Positions 12,979 to 25,432 of a stretch of DNA of 64,000 bases are shown here, one piece after another. The stretch covers positions 20,398,001 through 20,462,000 of the forward strand of contig OZ024755.1 in the NCBI GenBank assembly GCA_964016885.1, in the 5' to 3' direction. The notes under the pieces are model-generated. The model ran no database searches, had not been told where the DNA came from, and saw only the letters and a program-made list of their open reading frames with translations. The position numbers were made by a program, and so were the translations under genes. Every line of letters begins with the position of its first letter. Position 1 is the first letter of the stretch. The stretch comes from Eledone cirrhosa. Its lineage: Eukaryota.

Positions 12979-13113
12979 TCCCTTGCCATTCTGAGTTCAA
13001 ATCCCGCCGAGGTTAACTTTGCCTTTCATCCTTACGGGGTCGATAAAATAAAGTCCCAGTAACACACTGGGATAATTGCTGGCCTTGTGCCAAAAGTAGA
13101 AACAATTATTATT
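12979..13113 (+). mobile_element. SINE family A, 5'-truncated
   Basis: B-box, core and tail. Confidence 0.9.
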
Positions 13114-13446
13114 GCACATATTGTATATTTATTTAGTAATTCTATCAATCTCATCACTACATCAGCAATTACAGCAAAGTCATGATTTGCTTAAAAGGTC
13201 TAATAAGACAGAAACATATTCAGAGTTGTCTTTCGAACATGCTGAGATGATTAAAATAGCATTAGTCAATCAGAAAATGCTGCATTTTCAACGCTGTATA
13301 AAATGAAGGAAAGGTGATATACGTTTTTTTTTAAGATGTGGATTAATAGGATATAAGTTAAACGCTCAACATGGACGTAAGGACACGTTCAAGCCATCAG
13401 TAAATGAGCGTTCTGCACAAACTTTCGAATTTCAGTAGACGTTGTA

Positions 13447-13608
13447 GTCGGACGTCATGCTTTCCAGCATAGTTACGTCCCTTTACGATCTGAGTTCAAA
13501 TCCCGCCGAGGTTGACTTTGCCTTTCATCCTTACGGGGGTCGATAAAATAAAGTACCAGTAATGCACTGGATAATTGCTGGCCTTGTGCCTAAAGTAGAA
13601 ACAATTAT
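13447..13608 (+). mobile_element. SINE family A, slightly 5'-truncated
   Basis: gtcggacgtcatgctttccagc through agtagaaacaatt. Confidence 0.9.
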
Positions 13609-13799
13609 CGCCAGTAATGGCCATATGAGAGACAACAATACCTCCTCATCCTTTTTGTATTTCATCTTCTATTCTTGTCATACATTGTTGTAGATTAATT
13701 ACAAACGGTATAACTGCTGTTAGGAGATGCTTAAAATTGCAATAAGTAGGAAAAGACAATTTTAGAAACACGAATAAAAATTAGAAAATAGAGACTTAC

Positions 13800-13982
13800 C
13801 TGCTTCTGTGGGTTGGGAACAACTTGAATACAATGATCAGATGGTGTTCGCCAACGACCAGCTCTTTCTCTAGATTTTCCAGCATCAAAGGTAAACATCT
13901 CCAATCGTGGGTTTTAACAATCGCAGCAATAAAATTATTTACTACTCGTAATATTTCGTGAGTTCTTTTTCTTTTTCTTTTG
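13800..13982 (-). other. Possible spliced exon of an unidentified minus-strand gene
   Basis: Acceptor ttgtttgttgtctttcag| and perfect donor CAG|GTAAGT bound 183 bp of sequence not repeated elsewhere in the window. One frame is open throughout; alternatively the ATG at 13898 gives MFTFDAGKSRERAGRWRTPSDHCIQVVPNPQKQ in phase 0. No homology recognised. Confidence 0.35.
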
Positions 13983-15095
13983 CTGAAAGACAACAAACAA
14001 AATTATTCAAAGATTGTATTTGTGTCAGTATTTGAAATGTCTACAAAAGGAAGTAAATTAAGTCTCTCGTTCGCAAAATAATCATTTGAAACATCAGATC
14101 AGTCTAACTTCTGATTGGTTGTCATCTAATCTATACCCCTTATTCTACCATCTCCATCGTTGCCTTAATTATTCTACTTTAAAATCAATATCATTGACAT
14201 AATATTATAAGATTGTACTAAGAAAAAAAGGATGAACACGAGAGGTAATTCTTTATCTCTAGCAATATCAGTAATCCTGAAACTTCATACAATTAACAAC
14301 TTGTATATTTCTGTTATGTAAATGTATACATATTTTTGTGCAACACTTATACAAGAAGTAGTTCAAAGAAAGTTCCATAAATTTCCATTCACTAAAAATC
14401 CATTTTTGAAGAGATGTTCTGTTATTTGAAAAGAAAGAGCAAGTATTTCTATCATTCTCAAAGAATGAATAAAAAATATTGTTTTATATTTTAAAAGGTA
14501 GTTATTTTTAAAAGACGTTCTCTTATCTTTTTGAAAAAAAATAATCGATGAGAATTGGTCTAGCAATCTACGATATTATAAGATCGGTAAAAAACACCTG
14601 CTAAAAATCATTCTTCACTCAGTTTTCAACAAATTCCTTTCGTGTCTCCCAGGAATATCTCAAATAAAATTATGTGCTGAAGCAGAAATACATTTTCATA
14701 AGGTTTTACCACTGTATGTATTTGATACTGAATTATCTACGCAAGCACGAAAACTAAAACATTAATATAACACGAAATACTTTTAGACATTTTAGAAGAA
14801 AAGTTTTCAGCTTTTCAACAAGTTTATTAGTTCTCTCTATATAATTTTATCATTGTAGCCTACATAGTTATTTTTATAGATAATCTGTTATCTCTTTCCT
14901 TCCATAGAAATCCTCTAATATTGGTGATGGCATTTATAACATACAATAGAAAAATAGAACTCGGAATGTCTTAAAGAGAATTACTGAGAAAAGGTTTCAA
15001 ATATAGTTAAACATCGACCGAATTTCCAACTCCAAATAACCATGTAATTGATTTCTATTCAGTTTACATTATAGATAGCCTTCATTATTCTATTT

Positions 15096-15200
15096 GCCGA
15101 GGTTGACTTTGCCTTTCATCCTTACGGGGGTCGATAAAATAAAGTACCAGTAATGAACTGGGTATTTGCTGGCCTTGTGCGAAACGTAGAAACAATTATT
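15096..15200 (+). mobile_element. SINE family A, 3' half
   Basis: Core plus tail. Confidence 0.88.
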
Positions 15201-15720
15201 CTATTTACACTTCATAGAACAAAGGTATACTCTCTAGACAAGCAGTCAAGAAGCCATATCTCTCTTCTTATCAATATGTATCTATTCAGATTCTTATTCA
15301 AATAACTGAATAATTTCAACATTTTTCTTCAAAAACTTAAATCTCTTGGGGATTGTCGATACCACACTTTTAGATACGCTGGCAAAGATTATTTTATATC
15401 GTTGATCATATGATTTAAATATATATGTATAAGTATAGCTGTAAAGAAAGTGCTCAAGCGCAGAGATTTTATAAACATAGCTTATAAAATAGGTTGAAGA
15501 CTTTTAAAAGACGGTATCTGGAAGATAGGAGGTTCAATACCTCATATGAATCATCAGCAAATTCTTTTTTATTCTTTTCAAAGTCTTCACTATTTTATAA
15601 GCTATATTTATAGCATTTTTGCACTTGAGCACTTTCTTTATACAAATATGTATATTTTCTCAGAGCTTCAACACCCTAAAGTTCGGCTTCGTACATTGTT
15701 TAAATATGTATATATATATA

Positions 15721-15900
15721 CGAAGGGGTGCTGAAACATTCCTGGCTTTAAGGGTCTCACAAATACCTGGTTGGAGGCCCAAACTTCCAAGTTCTTTTTA
15801 CATAGCTATAAAAACTGAATGGCCACTGCAATAAGTGTGTGAATCTGAGATAGGAATATGTTGAATAAAATCATCCTGAATTTGTCTGCACCCCCTCTCG
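15721..15900 (+). mobile_element. mariner-derived internally deleted element
   Basis: Imperfect TIRs cgaaggggtgc / gcaccccctctcg preceded by TA. Internal tgcaataagtgtgtgaatctgagataggaatatgttgaataa translates, with a frameshift, to CNKCVNLR..EYVE*, like the mariner transposase C-terminus (W.KC....G.YVE). Confidence 0.7.
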
Positions 15901-16198
15901 TGTGCGCGCGTGTGCGTGTGTATTATACACATACACACACACATACACACATACACACATATATATACATACACACATACATATATACATATACATACAC
16001 ACATACACATATATATATATATATATACATACATATACACAAAAATATATACATATATATACATACATATACACAAAAATATATACATATATATACACAT
16101 GCATACATACATACATACATACAGTAATAATAATAAATTTGAAGACTAAACTTTAATGTTATTTTAATACATACATACATACACACATACACACATAC

Positions 16199-16240
<42 letters not shown>

Positions 16241-16686
16241 ACATATACATATATACATTCCACTGTATGCTTTATCAGTACTAACATCATTCGTAATCTC
16301 TGATAGTATTAAAACTATTATAGTTATTCTCATTAATTAATCATTAATAGATACTGTAATATTATATTGATATATTATTTTAAAGAATCTGTAGTGGAAA
16401 TGGCTACTAGTTTTATAGATTTTTTATTTCTCCCAGAATTATAATATTTATGATAAAGTAGGGTTTTGTATAACGACTGGGCTGGAATATCCCTTTGGGT
16501 CAATAAGGCGCCATATCAACAATTCGCCTTTTTTAGAACAAGTAGTATCATATAAACAATCGATCCTTAGACCAGTATGTTAACGCTCTCCTGTTGGTAT
16601 CAACAAAAAAGTCTACAATAAGAGGGTCAACTGAAAGTTTCGTATGCTGAAAAGTTTATATTGTATAATAGATAGACAAGGAGAAA

Positions 16687-16932
16687 GTGACACAGAGGAG
16701 ACTGGGTTTAGCTGGACATGCTCACCGACATCCAGAGTTGACACTGCACTCAGTGCTCCTGTGGGAGCCCTTGCATGGACACACTGGAAGAGGAAGAGCG
16801 AGATTAACACATGTTGATGCCCTAAGGACAGACACTGGTCTCTTGGAGTCGCAGGACATGGCAGCGATAATGAGGGACAGAGACCCATGGAGAGAACTCG
16901 TCCATGGATCTCGGGAATGTTACCCGCCCTAG
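16687..16932 (+). mobile_element. 3' end of a non-LTR retrotransposon (RTE-like), 5'-truncated
   Basis: ORF ...RRLGLAGHAHRHPE...LLWEPLHGHTGRGR...DRDPWRELV matches the RTE C-terminal pattern (GH..R / W.P..G.R.RGRP / DR..W). It ends at (TA)n, and a second copy lies at 37631. Confidence 0.85.
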
Positions 16933-17021
16933 ATATATATATATATATAATATATATATATATATTATTGAGTAAAATAACAGGAGGCTGAATTGGTGAA
17001 ATTCCTTAAAGATTTAATATA

Positions 17022-17081
17022 AACACTATGTACATTTCAATGACCAGGTTCCGTAGGAACCTGGTGACATCATCAGGTGTT
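17022..17081 (-). ncRNA. Minimal type I hammerhead ribozyme motif (Penelope-like element type)
   Basis: Minus strand reads AACAC-CTGATGA-TGTC-ACCAGGTTCC-TAC-GGAACCTGGT-CATT-GAAA-TGTACA-TA-GTGTT. Stem I is a perfect 5 bp, stem II has a perfect 10-bp segment, and stem III is the palindrome ATGTACAT. The base of stem II is mismatched. Confidence 0.78.
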
Positions 17082-17683
17082 ACAAAATTTATCTAATAAA
17101 GGAATATAACAATGGTAGACACAATCCAAGGGGCTGAAAAGTAGAGAGATATGTTTAAGACTCGAAAGCGGTCAGAGCCAGTAGTTGTCAATATATATAA
17201 AAGGGGAGAAGGGAACTGAACGGTTTCGCAAATGGGAGACAGAATCTCAGACGGTTGAATAAATTGTCTAATTTGGTTTAGCAATATAAGGATAAACATT
17301 CCTTATCTTTGTCGCTTGAAGAGCAATGACATACCTGAGATTGTCTTATTTGATAACGATATATACGCATTGCTGAATTATTCTTGGTGCAGCCACTTGA
17401 CATGAAATCACATCTGACTGGTTTAAATAAAGAACTCATTTGAGAATGTCGTCCATAAGATTAGATATAAATACAAAACTGTCACGGCTGCAAGTTTTTT
17501 GTGGCATGTGACTAGGAACTAAGCAATAACTACGACATCAACAACATATACACTAATTACCAATATATATGCAAAATATATCTTGTTTAATTTTGAATTT
17601 AACTTTATAAATTAGAAATAATATACAGAGCTTGCCAGAAATATTTGGAATAATTTTAATGTGATGAGAGATATGTAGCTGTA

Positions 17684-17882
17684 CCAGGACCGACTGGGAA
17701 ATTCATAGGCTGACTATGCAGGAGTAATGCTAGAGCTGTGAAATCTTGCAAACATTACTGTCAACTCTTCTTATTAATACATGCATTGTTTCTTTCCAGG
17801 GACTATGTTGGAAAATAAATATCATTTGATCATTCCATGAGAGTATCTTGGTCAGTCTATGAACCTTTCAGCCGACGGCTAG
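17684..17882. mobile_element. Tc1/mariner-type MITE, diverged
   Basis: Imperfect TIRs ccgactgggaaattcataggctgac / gtcagtctatgaacctttcagccgac with TA on both flanks. Confidence 0.55.
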
Positions 17883-19494
17883 TATTTAACTGTAGTTTAC
17901 CTCTGTTTTATAGTAACTCGGCTACCTTCTGTTTTACGCCATTCACAATATATAACTTATATTGATGGCTTGTTGCATTGGAACACTGCCAGAAATATCG
18001 GGAGAGAGTGAATAATATGTCTACTCAATAGATAAGCACCTGATTGATATTTATTTTTATCGACTCCCTAAACGATGAAGAGCCGCTCCGTAGCCGATCA
18101 GGAGCGAATTTTACTAAATACATTAAAGGGAAAAACTAAATAACGTGATTCATTTCCTGTAGTATTCTGCCATTTCTGCTGCAAACCATGCATTTCAATA
18201 TCAGAGAATTTCTAGTAGAGAGAGGAAGGCACATGATGTGATACACATGACTTTTACAAGCCCGATAGTAACCTCAATTATATGATGTATCACTGCGATC
18301 TCGAATCCAATAGAGTTTATATTTACTCAATCTCTAGAAGCATAAATCTCCTACAAAACAAAATATTGTAAATTGTCTACTACGTGGTATAGATATTTAT
18401 CTATTTTACTATATATCGCAATTTATAAAGAAATATTTCCTTAGATACAGGTTTCCAGCGGGTGAATCACTCATTTATTGTGTTTCTAACGGTGAGTGAC
18501 AAGAGAAAAAACTTCCTTAATGCTGGACAAACTTCTCAAGGGAGTTTGTTTATAAAACATCCATTTTGCGTTTTGTCCACACATCAGCGATGACGCATCA
18601 CATCTGCTACTCTCATCTGGTGACCTGGTACTATTGATTTATAACTTATAACTTATAACGTACACCTCAAAATATAGTAACGTTTCAGTAGAACTGTGGT
18701 GAGATTGTTGGGTTAAGAAGTAGAACAGAGTAGAAGCTAGCAGTATCATTTAGTTTTAACATGAGGTTTGAAGCCATTTCTGTTCGTTTAGACAGATAAT
18801 GTTCTTTAAAAGGACATAAATGTCACATCTAAGTAGGCTTTAATTTAAGTACAACGACTTTTATATCTTCAATAACGTTTTATATTGAAGAAGAAACAAA
18901 TTAATGTTTTCATATTAAATTCATTGGTTGCTTTTTTTTTTTGTGGGGGGGGGGGGGGTAATCACAGATGTTGTTTTGAAGGTTTAATCACAGACGAAAT
19001 TGGTATCACAGTCTCTCTTATATTTCATAAGGGCAGATATATTTTCTGGAATTTACTACTTCTTTCATTCCGTTCTATAGATGATTAAGTTATTGAGGCA
19101 TGTATCGTAACCATGAGATCTAAAAACACAGTGTGTCATAAAAACAAATCTTAAACTATTACATGACACCTGTGTCTCTAATAGCAACGCTAACATCTCT
19201 ACTACTGTCTGATGGTGATGATGATAGTAGTAGTAGTAGTAGTAGTAGTAGAGGTAGATGTGGTGAATGCAGTGGAGGTGGTGATGGATTTTGCCGCTCG
19301 TATAGTTAATTACAGGTATCACTAGGATGTTAATAGACATAAAGAAGTGTGATTATTATCATCGATATCCTACAACTGGTGTGACTGGTCATGTAAAAAA
19401 GAATAATAAGCTCTTTTTCCTCTTCTCCTTTTCATTCTTCTCCTTCACCCCCTTATTCCTGGGAGGTTGGGGGGAGGGGCAGAATCCTCAAACA

Positions 19495-19958
19495 CTCCTT
19501 CCAGCGGGTTCTGTCAGATGCAACCGTCTATAACTGATCCGGCTGGATCCCCAACCAAGACAAGCCAAGTTCATGGATGTTATCCAACCATCTTGTTCAG
19601 GGTCTACCCCTGGGTCTCCTGCCAGTTGATTTTGCCCATAAAATCTGTCCAGTGATTCTTTCCTGCGACACTGAGACATTCTAACCACATGACCATAAGA
19701 AGACTCTGACAAGTCAGTCAATCATATTGGTGGCCTCCCCACAGCCCCGGCGGACAGAATGGAGAAGGCGTTTCCCCGGGGGACGGCAAGAGAGACGCGC
19801 TGGAAAAGTCATTCCAGCTCACGAGGCTCATACTTGCGGCTGGCCAGCCAGCACAGCGCCTATGGGGGTGAGTAGGGAGGTAGCCCTAGGGCCGAGGACA
19901 CCAGAAGTCTCCACTGCCAAGGGTACAACCGCAAACCTGTCGGAGAGCGCCGGTACTT
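19495..19958 (-). mobile_element. RTE-derived element: GC-rich 5' segment joined to a degenerate RTE ORF 3' end
   Basis: Minus strand gives YGHVVRM and, after a frameshift, LWAKSTGRRPRGRP*TRWLDNI...DRTRWK. Part of the GC-rich 5' segment (ccggggaaacRccttctccattctgt) recurs near 12365 on the plus strand. Confidence 0.75.
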
Positions 19959-20892
19959 AAAATGTATTTAAGCAAACAGAATCATGCAATTAGTTTCCAC
20001 CATGTTTAGACAGAGCATTGTGAGAGAGAAACGTTGGAATATACAATAGATATCTATATTAGGTTTTAATGAGAAAATTTGATAGTAGTAAATTCTAGAA
20101 TGTCATTATTCAGCTTCATTTAATAAGAGAGCAAAACTCTACAAGGTAAAATGGTGATGGGAAATTTATAATATTTGTATTCATTTATTTTATGAAGTGC
20201 TGGTTGTCAATTGTTAGCTGTAAACATTGAGAGAATCTTTGTTTGTTTTTTTGTTTTTCTTGTACTTGTTTTTGTTTTATTTTACGTTTGTTTTTTTTTT
20301 CTCAGGAAATTTCACCACGTATAATATGATTTTGTATCTTCACAACTTATCAGATGCTTTATTCCTGATGGAAATATAAAAATGGCGACAAACTGGCTGA
20401 AAAAACATCTTTCATTTTTATTATTAGTTTTTTTTCGGGGGAGGGGGGGGGGCTTTTTTTTTTTTTTTTTTTTTTTTTTTTGCGCAATAACAGACTCATT
20501 TTATACATAGTGATTATTTAATGTATATTTTTACATGAGATTAAGTGGATGAATAGCGAAATACATTAAACCGAGAGAGAGAGAGGGGGGGGGGGGTGAA
20601 TGACAGCAGAAGCAACTAACAGCACTGACGTAGAAGATACCTCGTTAGCTATAGATATTTATAATTGTTATTTTGGCACAGGTCAGCCTTGTCTGAGCAG
20701 GACGATGATTAGAACATTCCAGAAGTAACAGTATATATCACGGACTACATTTCCTAACTTTAGAAGGAATCTTTAAAATGCATAGATGTGTGTGTATATA
20801 TCGTTTTTAATAAAAGTATAAAAACTGGAAAGATGTAGGTGGAGAGGTTAAAAGAGTTCAAAATATGTTGAGGTATTATTTACCCATAAATG

Positions 20893-20940
20893 ATTAATTT
20901 TGATAAGTCCCGATAAGGGACGAAACAATTGTAAATCAAT
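20893..20940 (+). ncRNA. Minimal hammerhead ribozyme motif with variant core (U3/A8)
   Basis: ATTAATT-TTGATAA-GTCCC-GATAA-GGGAC-GAAA-CAATTG-TA-AATCAAT. Stem II is a perfect 5 bp, stem III is the palindrome ACAATTGT, the cleavage triplet is GUA, and stem I pairs at 6 of 7 positions. Confidence 0.65.
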
Positions 20941-21097
20941 ATTTAATGTGAAACCGTATTTGGTAATACTATGTATGTATGTATGTATATATGTATGTGT
21001 GTATGTGTGAATGTAAAAAGTAAACAGAAATAACAAAGCAAAAGACAGTACAATGAAAAAACATATTAGCTTAATGCTTAAAATAATAGGAAAATGG

Positions 21098-21133
21098 TCT
21101 TAACGTTTCGGACACTAGTCCTTCATCACAAGA
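21098..21133 (-). ncRNA. Degenerate minimal hammerhead motif (C3 replaced by G)
   Basis: Minus strand reads TCTT-GTGATGA-A-GGAC-TAGT-GTCC-GAAA-CG-TT-AAGA. Stems I and II are intact but the core is mutated. Confidence 0.55.
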
Positions 21134-21639
21134 TAGAAAGAGAAATAGAAGATGAAATAAAAAAGATAAAGAATTAGAAGGGGAAGAAACAGAGGGGAAA
21201 ATGAGGGAAAATAACACACGTGTGTATTCAGTCATCCATTTTGGAGAGATATAAACTTCTACAATATTCTCACATACAATAGAAACCGTTGTCCGAGATT
21301 CCACGCAATGGTATTGAACCGCGATGCAAGGAATTGTTTACGTGGATGTTTAATGTTTAATTTTTATAGAATAACAAATAAATATGCATAGTTAGCTACA
21401 GAACATCGATAATTTTGCAATATAGTAAATTTGTTGATCATTTTACAACGTTCTGTTCAGGCTGTTTAGAAAATATATATATCGTTCTATAGGATTGGTC
21501 TTCCTTGATGTGCTAGATTAGTTTGAATAATGAGGCTATCTGTATTTTTTCATAACAACCGGATTTCACAATTTCCGAAAAAAAAAAATATACAATATCT
21601 TGATAAAATTTGATTTGAAAACATTTTTAGTGCAATATT

Positions 21640-21872
21640 TCTTCCTAACATTGGCACATGGCCACAATTATTTTGGAAGTTGGTAGTAGTTGATTAAATC
21701 AATTAAATCGATCTCTGTGATAAAATGCTACCCAACTTTATAGACCCCGAAAGGAAATATAAAAATAAAATTAAATTTGGTCTCGGCGGTAGTTGAACTC
21801 AGAAAGTAAATGGATATAACATAATACCCAAAGACATTTTATATAACACTCTACCATCTCGGCCAATCCACT
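21640..21872 (-). mobile_element. Old, diverged SINE family A copy
   Basis: Remnants tagaccccgaaagga, tctcggcggtagttgaactcag and ctctaccatctcggccaatccac. Confidence 0.6.
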
Positions 21873-21911
21873 TCTTTTTAATGCAAATATAGATTCTAAA
21901 ATAAGCATTGG

Positions 21912-22823
21912 GTTAGTAATTGTAAGGGATTGCTATAGCTGATTCTAACATAAGGATGAGGCTAGAAATTGTAAGGGATTGCTATAGATGATTCTAACAT
22001 AAGGATGAGGCTAGTAATTGTAAGGGATTGCTATAGATGATTCTAACATAAGGATGAGGCTAGTAATTGTAAGGGATTGCTATAGCTGATTCTAACATAA
22101 GGATGAGGCTAGAAATTGTAAGGGATTGCTATAGCTGATTCTAACATAAGGATGAGGCTAGTAATTGTAAGGGATTGCTATAGCTGATTCTAACATAAGG
22201 ATGAGGCTAGAAATTGTAGGGGATTACTATAGATGATTCTAACATAAGGATGAGGCTAGAAATTGTAGGGGATTGCTATAGATGATTCTAACATAAGGAT
22301 GAGGTTAGAAATTGTAAGGGATTGCTATAGCTGATTCTAACATAAGGATGAGGCTAGAAATTGTAAGGGATTGCTATAGCTGATTCTAACATAAGGATGA
22401 GGCTAGAAATTGTAAGGGATTGCTATAGCTGATTCTAACATAAGGATGAGGCTAGAAATTGTAAGGGATTGCTATAGCTGATTCTAACATAAGGATGAGG
22501 CTAAAAATTGTAAGAGATTGCTATAGATGATTCTAACAGACATGAGGCTAGAAATTGTAGGGGATTGCTATAAATGATCGTAATATAGGGATTAAGCTTG
22601 AAATTGTAAGATATTGCTATAGCTGATTCTAACAGATATTAAGTTAGTAATTGTAAGGGGATTGCTATAAATTATTGTAATATAGAGATTAGGCTTGTAA
22701 TTGTAAGGGATTGCTATAGCTAATTCTAACAGATATTAAGTTAGTAATTGTAAGGGATTGCTATAGATGATTCTAACATAGACATTAGGTTAGAAATTGT
22801 AAGGGATTGCTATAGATGATTCT
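21912..22823. repeat. 49-bp minisatellite, about 18 copies
   Basis: Unit gctagaaattgtaagggattgctatagctgattctaacataaggatgag; homogeneous on the left and degenerate on the right. Confidence 0.95.
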
Positions 22824-23934
22824 GTTGACCCCAGTATTTACCTTCTAATCATCGTAGTGTGTAATCGTAAAGTCAACGTTTATGGGATTTGATCCCTGAG
22901 CAGTAATATTTGAAAATAATTTACACTGGTTAGAAGTAGGTGTTTGGTTGTCGATTGATACAAAAGGGGTGGACACAAAATAATTTACATTGGTAAGATC
23001 TAGGAGTTTAGTTGCCGCCTTAAAACAAAGGGGGTGGAGGAGTTTGGTTGTCGACTGGAGCAAAAAGGGGTGGAAGCATCATGGCCGAATATTTAAAGAG
23101 TTCACTTCGCAATTTGTATCCTATTACATGGCATCACCATGGGCTTGGGTCAATTAATGCATTGTGAGTAACATTGGGTAGACAGAAACTGTTTGGAGGC
23201 CCTCCTCGAATAGACTGCACCTTCTTCACACACTGTGTCACGCTGAATCTTCCTCGGAACTACGTTAAGGTACACGTGTCTGTGGAATGATCAGTTGATC
23301 AGTCATTTATACGATAATTTCACGAGCAACTTGTTCCATTAATCGACCAATTCAGCCATATTATCAAATTCATTCCAGCCATGACAAAACCAACATTCAT
23401 TAAAGCACAATTCAATATGTCTATGCTGTATTTAAGACAGTAAGGCATAGTTTGGGAGAGATTACGGTGTTATTTCCAGCAGGTGAACGACCATACAATG
23501 GCTAATTCACTCACTTGTCTTAGACAAGTAAATTTATTAAACATAGCCGTAAGTAAATGTGCAATGGTTGGACAGCAATACTGATAATGGTTGGTAGCAT
23601 TAATTAGAATTTCTAAGCACTATCAATAATCCATTGAAACATCTTCCTTGCCTCTATTTATACATCTCTGAGTATTCTGTCATCCAACACTAATAATAAT
23701 GATTTATGGCTGAATCAACCTCAGTACACGACTGTTTCGTATTTTATCAATACTGGACATATAGATAGCAAGGAGACGTGTACAGAGAAACAGACGGACA
23801 TATATAGTAACACGCAGGCAGAAATATCTGGAGAGAGAGAGGTGAGTCCCGGGTTTAATCGGGGTAACAACAGTAAATGAAGAACTCAATACATTAGTAA
23901 AGTATATACAAAATTTAATACATCTCTATATTAA

Positions 23935-23974
<40 letters not shown>

Positions 23975-24884
23975 ACTTCCTTCCGCACAGTTTGCGTCCA
24001 CCATATTCTTCCCACAGTCAATTAGTAACCCTGCTGGTTAGAATTAGCCCCTTTTCTAAGATACCAAAATACAGTGTAGTGTGGTCTGGCCTGGTTGCGA
24101 AACTAATTTCCGAACTACACGGGGATTTTTTTTTTTTTTTTATGAGGCTGTAGTGTAAAGTGTGTGTCTAGACTTCTTCGTGAAAATAAAATGATTAGAC
24201 TTAGTGACAATAACAGCTAAAACAGCAATGAAATAAAAAAAAAAAAAAGAAGAGGAGATAAATGCAACTAAAAAGAAGACATTACTATATTTCATCTACT
24301 TAGACCTATATCGGCATGTTTCACTCGAGAAAAATATAGTCAATACAAGTTGTGCAGGAAATGCTGGTGGCAGATATATTAGTCTGCCTGTCAGACTAAA
24401 GTCAATATGGTCGTTCATTTCTGAAGACAGAACAGCAGATAGTTCAATACTTCATTCAAATGTATCTGTCTTATTTTCCGTAATGCTAATAAATCATCTA
24501 GTGGATTGTTCAAAGATTTACTCTAACCGTATAGAAATTATATTACAGAGAAACTATATTACAGTTTCACGTTAAACAATCTTTATCGACATCAGAAGAA
24601 ACACTCTTGTTTCATACACATCAATAGATTAAATAATATTTCCATGAGCCGTCGACAATTTCTTTGTCTCTCTCGTTTTACGAAGTAGCGAATTCTTTCT
24701 CAAATAAGATTTAAAACACTAAAGATACATTGAACAATTTAGTCCTGTGTTAAGAGAGATAACTTGAAGTAATAACAATGAATATACTCACGTTTTAATT
24801 CATTTTGGGCTGAAGATTAGATTGAACTTACAAACGTTACCAAAACTGTGGTTAAATTTTTGTCAAATAAAGAGTCCTTAAATT

Positions 24885-25272
24885 TCAGGATGAGTGAAAA
24901 CAACCCCTGTCAAGCAAGCATGCAAAATAGAGAAAATGGCCGAAGACATGTTGGAAGTCCCCAGAAAACGTTGGAATGATAACTTAAAAGAAGATCTGTC
25001 AAGAAAGGGATTGACACAAGGGGATACTTTGGAAAGGGATTGACAGAGGGGGATACTTTGGAAAGGGATTGACACAGGGGGATTGCTGGAGAAGACATAT
25101 CAATTTATAAAGACCACGACCCAGCAAAGTTGCTGGATAAAGTGGCTGCTGATGATGATGGTGATGATGGTGATGATGGTGCTGATGATGATGATGATAA
25201 TGATGATGATGGTGGTGCTGCTGCTGATGATGATGATGGTGCTGATGATGATGATGATGATGGTGGTGCTGC

Positions 25273-25349
<77 letters not shown>

Positions 25350-25432
25350 GTGATGGTGATGATGGTGATGGTGGTGGTGGTGATGATGATGGTGGTGGTG
25401 GTGATGATGGTGCTGATGATGGGGGTGATGAT
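24885..25432 (+). mobile_element. Degenerate RTE-like LINE 3' end with an internal 29-bp tandem duplication and an expanded (GAT/GGT/GCT)n tail
   Basis: Translates in part to RKRWNDNLKEDLSRKGL; gaaagggattgacac... repeats about 2.6 times at 25003-25082; the trinucleotide tract spans 25148-25432. Confidence 0.6.
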
